Part shown: piece by piece, positions 59,761 through 64,000 of the stretch
Layout of the letters: each line of letters begins with the position of its first letter
Numbering within the stretch: the first letter of the stretch is position 1
Assembly: GCA_963664325.2 (NCBI GenBank)
Contig: CAXXDQ010000007.1
Coordinates: 672,001 to 736,000 of the forward strand
DNA: 64,000 nt
Source of the DNA: Desulfomonilia bacterium
Lineage (GTDB): Bacteria > Desulfobacterota > Desulfomonilia > UBA1062
Direction of reading: 5' to 3'
Notes under the pieces: generated by a model
Database searches by the model: none
Told to the model about the DNA's origin: nothing
The model's input: the letters and a program-made list of their open reading frames with translations, nothing else
Made by a program: the position numbers and the translations under genes

Positions 59761-60582
59761 TTAGTTCCTCCTCTTAACAATATCCTTGTTTGAACCCTTT
59801 GATTTTTTTCTGGTCTTATGTCCTTTAGTTGATATACCCCATGGAGTTACCGGATGATTTCCTTTTACACGTCCTTCTCCCCCTCCATGCGGATGATCAA
59901 CCGGATTCATTGCAACACCTCTGACAGTTGGCCTTATACCCAGCCACCTGCTGCGCCCGGCTTTTCCGACTGTTATATTAGAGTGACTTGAGTTTCCGAC
60001 CTGACCAATCGTTGCTTTGCAGACTGCCGATACCTTGCGAACTTCTCCGGATGGCATTTTGAGATGTATCTGACCGCCTTCCTTCGCCAGCACCTGCGCA
60101 TATGCACCAGCAGAACGCACCATCTGCCCGCCTTTTCCCGGCCTCATTTCAATATTATGAACGAATGTGCCAAGAGGGATCATCTGAAGCATCATCGAAT
60201 TACCCGGTTTAATATCGGCATCATCACTCGCTATTATCGTACTTCCCACCTGAAGTCCTTCCGGCCAGATAATGTATCTCTTCTCCCCGTCTGCATACTG
60301 TATCAGAGATATCCATGCAGAACGGTTCGGATCGTATTCGATTGTTTTAACCTTGCCCGGAATCCCTGCTTTGTCTCTTTTAAAATCTATGATTCTGTAA
60401 AGCTTCTTATTTCCTCCACCCTGGTGCCTTACAGTAACTCTTCCAAGATTATTACGGCCGCTGCTTCTCTTTAATCTTACAGTTAATGACCTTTCAGGAT
60501 CTGTTGCCGTGATTTCTTCAAAAGTGTTAACGGTCATGAACCGTCTTCCGGCAGATGTAGGTTTAAATCCACGTATGCCCAT
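59761..60582 (-). CDS. rplB: 50S ribosomal protein L2
   Basis: [21 protein letters not shown]. Confidence 0.98.
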   Translation of the reverse strand: MGIRGFKPTSAGRRFMTVNTFEEITATDPERSLTVRLKRSSGRNNLGRVTVRHQGGGNKKLYRIIDFKRDKAGIPGKVKTIEYDPNRSAWISLIQYADGEKRYIIWPEGLQVGSTIIASDDADIKPGNSMMLQMIPLGTFVHNIEMRPGKGGQMVRSAGAYAQVLAKEGGQIHLKMPSGEVRKVSAVCKATIGQVGNSSHSNITVGKAGRSRWLGIRPTVRGVAMNPVDHPHGGGEGRVKGNHPVTPWGISTKGHKTRKKSKGSNKDIVKRRN

Positions 60583-60584
60583 GA

Positions 60585-60875
60585 TTATACCCCTTCATAG
60601 AACTCGATGGTGTCACCCTGTTTCAGGGTAACAACAGCCTTTTTCCAGTCCGAACGCAGGTTTTCCCAGCGACCGAAACGTTTCTTTTTGCCTTTGACAA
60701 GTATAGTCCTTACATCTTCAACGTGAACCTTGAAGAGTTTTTCAACAGCCAGCTTTATTTCAATCTTGTTGGCATTTCTATCAACTGCAAAAATGACCTG
60801 ATTGTTGTCCTGCCTGAGCATAGTCCCTTTTTCCGTTATCAAGGGCTTTTTTATGATTGTCGTAATGTCCTTCAT
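60585..60875 (-). CDS. rplW: 50S ribosomal protein L23
   Basis: [21 protein letters not shown]. Confidence 0.98.
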   Translation of the reverse strand: MKDITTIIKKPLITEKGTMLRQDNNQVIFAVDRNANKIEIKLAVEKLFKVHVEDVRTILVKGKKKRFGRWENLRSDWKKAVVTLKQGDTIEFYEGV

Positions 60876-61495
60876 CAGCTCAACCTCTCTTCAATTATCT
60901 TAACTGCATCAAGGTCAAGCACCAGGCCTTTGTATTTAAGTATGTCATAGACATTGAGTCCCCTGACATCAAGCACCTTGCTTGTTGCATGGTTTCTGGA
61001 GATAAGTGATGTATCAGGCGACATGGAACCTGTAACAACCAGGGCATTATCCATGCCGAGCTTTTCAAGAGCCTTGACATAGTTTTTTGTCTTTATTTCA
61101 TCAAATATTATCTTGTCCACCACCTTAAGTACTGTTTCTCCCGTTTTCATGCTCAGAGCACTTTTTAGAGCCTCTTCTCTGACCTTTTTGGGCAGACCCT
61201 GTTTATATGTTCTCCCATTTGGTCCAAACGTTACTCCGCCCTTTCTCCATAATGGCGAACGGTTTGTACCGGAACGTGCGCGACCAGTGCCTTTCTGTTT
61301 CCAGGGTTTTGTCCCACCGCCAGAAATTTCTGAGCGTGTTTTTGTCTTTGCTGTCGCCAGACGCCTGTTTGATAACTGCCACACAACAGCATCATGAAGA
61401 AGATGCGGTTTGACAACACTTCCAAAAATGCTTTCTGAAAGGATCACCTGGCTTACTTTTTCCCCTGCCAAATTGAATACATCGACCGTAGGCAT
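60875..61495 (-). CDS. rplD: 50S ribosomal protein L4
   Basis: KPWKQKGTGRARSG. Confidence 0.98.
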   Translation of the reverse strand: MPTVDVFNLAGEKVSQVILSESIFGSVVKPHLLHDAVVWQLSNRRLATAKTKTRSEISGGGTKPWKQKGTGRARSGTNRSPLWRKGGVTFGPNGRTYKQGLPKKVREEALKSALSMKTGETVLKVVDKIIFDEIKTKNYVKALEKLGMDNALVVTGSMSPDTSLISRNHATSKVLDVRGLNVYDILKYKGLVLDLDAVKIIEERLS

Positions 61496-61499
61496 AACT

Positions 61500-62129
61500 C
61501 TACACCTCTTGCTTCTTGAGGATTAAAAGCTGTCCTCTTGCACCGGGTACAGCTCCTCTGATGACAACTATGTTCTTATCATCATTGACATCTACAACTT
61601 CAAGCCCGATGACCGTTACTCTCTTTGCTCCCAGATGACCGGCCATACGTTTCCCTTTAACAACCTTGCTGGGATCGGCAGATGATCCTATAGAACCTGC
61701 AGTTCTATGTATCTTTGCACCATGGCTTGCACGATGGCCGCCGAAATGATACCTTTTAACAACACCGGCGAAACCTTTTCCTTTTGAAATCCCGGTAATT
61801 TTTATTATTTCACCGGCAGTAAATATTGTTGACGGTTTTATTTCATCGCCTTCATTTACAGTTGCCAGATCATCACATGCAACTTCTCTGAGATGATAAA
61901 AACAGCCCTTGCCTGCTTTGCTAATATGTCCCTTTTCAGGCTTGTTTACCCTGGATTCCTTCTTAGGTTCGATAGCCAGCTGAACCGCATCATATCCATC
62001 CCGTTCAATTGTCTTTTTTTGTATGACGTAACATGGTCCTGTCTGTATCAGAGTAACGGGAATCATTTCACCATCTTCCCTGAACAGCTGAGACATTCCC
62101 AGTTTTTTCCCAATTATGCCCTTAATCAT
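61500..62129 (-). CDS. rplC: 50S ribosomal protein L3
   Basis: GKKLGMSQ, SKGKGFAG, GAVPG. Confidence 0.98.
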   Translation of the reverse strand: MIKGIIGKKLGMSQLFREDGEMIPVTLIQTGPCYVIQKKTIERDGYDAVQLAIEPKKESRVNKPEKGHISKAGKGCFYHLREVACDDLATVNEGDEIKPSTIFTAGEIIKITGISKGKGFAGVVKRYHFGGHRASHGAKIHRTAGSIGSSADPSKVVKGKRMAGHLGAKRVTVIGLEVVDVNDDKNIVVIRGAVPGARGQLLILKKQEV

Positions 62130-62147
62130 AATGTCTCTCCGGTATCC

Positions 62148-62456
62148 TTAAAGCTTGATTTCGACATCAACGCCTGCAGACAGATCAAGTTTCATAAGCT
62201 GGTCAACCGTCTGCTGGGTTGGATCAAGTATGTCGAGCAATCTTTTATATGTCCTTATTTCATACTGGTCCCGGGATTTCTTGTCCACATGCGGAGACCT
62301 TAATACGCAGAACTTCTCGATTTTTGTCGGAAGAGGTATTGGTCCTGCAACCCTGGCCCCGGTTCTCCTGGCCGCATCGACTATCTCCTGTACACTCTGA
62401 TCTATGAGCTTGTGGTCATAGCCTTTGAGCTTTATGCGTATTCTTTGTGTCTCCAT
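62148..62456 (-). CDS. rpsJ: 30S ribosomal protein S10
   Basis: [17 protein letters not shown]. Confidence 0.98.
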   Translation of the reverse strand: METQRIRIKLKGYDHKLIDQSVQEIVDAARRTGARVAGPIPLPTKIEKFCVLRSPHVDKKSRDQYEIRTYKRLLDILDPTQQTVDQLMKLDLSAGVDVEIKL

Positions 62457-62470
62457 GTCTATTTAACTCC

Positions 62471-63664
62471 TTACTCGATAACCTTGACTATGACGCCTGC
62501 GCCTACTGTTCTCCCACCCTCTCGTATAGCAAACCGAAGTCCTTCCTCCATCGCTATCGGATGTATCAGGCTCACCTGCATCGTTATGTTGTCCCCAGGT
62601 ATTACCATCTCTACCCCTTCCGGAAGCTTGATGTCTCCGGTTATGTCCGTCGTACGAAAATAAAACTGCGGCCGGTATCCCGTGAAAAACGGCGTATGAC
62701 GCCCTCCTTCCTCCTTCTTCAATACGTATACCTCCGCCATGAACTTCGTGTGCGGCGTTATCGAACCTGGCTTCGCTACCACCTGCCCCCTCTCAACTTC
62801 CTCACGCTTCGTCCCTCGTATAAGTATACCTATATTATCTCCAGCACGGCCTTCATCCAATGTCTTCCTGAACATCTCAACTCCCGTGCACACCGTCTTT
62901 ATCGTCGGACGTATACCTATTATCTCTACCTCGTCCCCAGTCTTTATTACCCCGCGCTCGCAACGCCCCGTCACAACCGTCCCGCGACCGGATATCGTAA
63001 ACACATCCTCTACCGGCATCAAAAACGGCTTGTCTATCTCCCGCACAGGCTCCGGTATGTACGAATCCACCGCATCCATAAGCTCAAATATGCACTTTAC
63101 ATCAGGACTGTTTACATCCTCCGCTTCCATCGCCTTCAACGCACTCCCGCGAATTATCGGTATGTCGTCCCCAGGAAAATCATATGACGTAAGCAGCTCC
63201 CTTAGCTCCAACTCTACCAACTCCAAAAGCTCGGGATCATCCACCTGGTCCACCTTGTTCATGAACACTACCATCGCAGGTACGTTAACCTGCTTCGCCA
63301 ACAGTATATGCTCCCTCGTCTGGGGCATAGGACCATCCGACGCCGCTACAACCAGCACCGCCCCGTCCATCTGCGCCGCCCCAGTTATCATGTTCTTGAT
63401 ATAGTCAGCATGCCCCGGACAGTCTATGTGCGCATAATGCCTGTTCACTGTCTCATACTCAACATGCGCCGTGTTGATCGTTATTCCCCTCTCCTTCTCC
63501 TCCGGCGCCTTGTCTATCTGATCATACGCTACATACTCGGCCATCCCCTTCTTCGCCAAATGCTTCGTTATCGCCGCCGTCAACGTCGTCTTACCATGAT
63601 CTATGTGCCCTATCGTACCTATATTAACATGCGGCTTCGTCCTCTCAAACTTACCCTTGGCCAT
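62471..63664 (-). CDS. tuf: elongation factor Tu
   Basis: [26 protein letters not shown]. Confidence 0.99.
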   Translation of the reverse strand: MAKGKFERTKPHVNIGTIGHIDHGKTTLTAAITKHLAKKGMAEYVAYDQIDKAPEEKERGITINTAHVEYETVNRHYAHIDCPGHADYIKNMITGAAQMDGAVLVVAASDGPMPQTREHILLAKQVNVPAMVVFMNKVDQVDDPELLELVELELRELLTSYDFPGDDIPIIRGSALKAMEAEDVNSPDVKCIFELMDAVDSYIPEPVREIDKPFLMPVEDVFTISGRGTVVTGRCERGVIKTGDEVEIIGIRPTIKTVCTGVEMFRKTLDEGRAGDNIGILIRGTKREEVERGQVVAKPGSITPHTKFMAEVYVLKKEEGGRHTPFFTGYRPQFYFRTTDITGDIKLPEGVEMVIPGDNITMQVSLIHPIAMEEGLRFAIREGGRTVGAGVIVKVIE

Positions 63665-63666
63665 AA

Positions 63667-64000
63667 TTAAATCCCCCTGCCTGTCTTAAGGTTCTCTGAA
63701 ATGTTGCCCGGTACCGGTTCATAATGGGATACCTGCATGGTGTAGGTGGCCCTTCCCTGCGATAATGAACGTACGCTTGTTGCATATCCGAACATTTCTG
63801 CAAGCGGTACCTGCGCTGCTATTACTCTCACGTCTGAACGTGTATCCATCCCCAGTATCTTGCCCCTTCTGGAAGAAAGATCACTGATAAGATCCCCTAT
63901 GTAATCATCAGGGCTAACGACTTCAACATCCATAATCGGTTCGAGCATGATCGGGGCACCTTTTTTTGCTGCATTTTTTAGCGCCATCGAAGCTGCTATT
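63667..64000 (-). CDS. fusA: elongation factor G, C-terminal part (truncated by window)
   Basis: [26 protein letters not shown]. Confidence 0.97.
   Translation of the reverse strand, partial: IAASMALKNAAKKGAPIMLEPIMDVEVVSPDDYIGDLISDLSSRRGKILGMDTRSDVRVIAAQVPLAEMFGYATSVRSLSQGRATYTMQVSHYEPVPGNISENLKTGRGI

Noticed and set aside
62447-63670. Long antisense ORFs over tuf (246, 221, 120 aa)
   Set aside because: Shadow frames explained by tuf's biased codon usage; no RBS or protein-like features. The same applies to antisense ORFs over lon, rpoA, feoB and nadE.
1-64000. CRISPR array, tRNA or rRNA genes
   Set aside because: No regularly spaced direct repeats, cloverleaf/T-loop signatures or rRNA-like stretches recognised by eye.

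Overview
Bacterial chromosomal window, inferred from gene content to be an anaerobic deltaproteobacterium (Desulfobacterota/Syntrophales-like). 1-48.3 kb is mixed metabolic and accessory DNA. It holds MFS transporters flanking a divergent CofE-like ligase, a DtxR-feoAB divergon, nadE, lon and an IS1-like remnant. It also holds two tandem lipoproteins with a shared N-terminal module and swapped Cys-rich C-termini (one thaumatin-like), and a minus-strand cassette-like array ending in an AT-rich defence-type islet (vapBC, HD protein, AbiTii) punctuated by hairpins. After asnB comes a ~15 kb lipid-flavoured catabolic neighbourhood: TetR, split transketolase, SCP2, tungsten AOR, FabK/NMO x2, DUF6206, class III aminotransferase, YhhN-like protein and DUF5054 glycosidase. 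48.4-64 kb is the S10-spc-alpha ribosomal superoperon on the minus strand (3' end of fusA, tuf, rpsJ to rplQ). No tRNA, rRNA, CRISPR array or integrase was recognised. All family assignments come from motif recognition by eye; no database searches were run.
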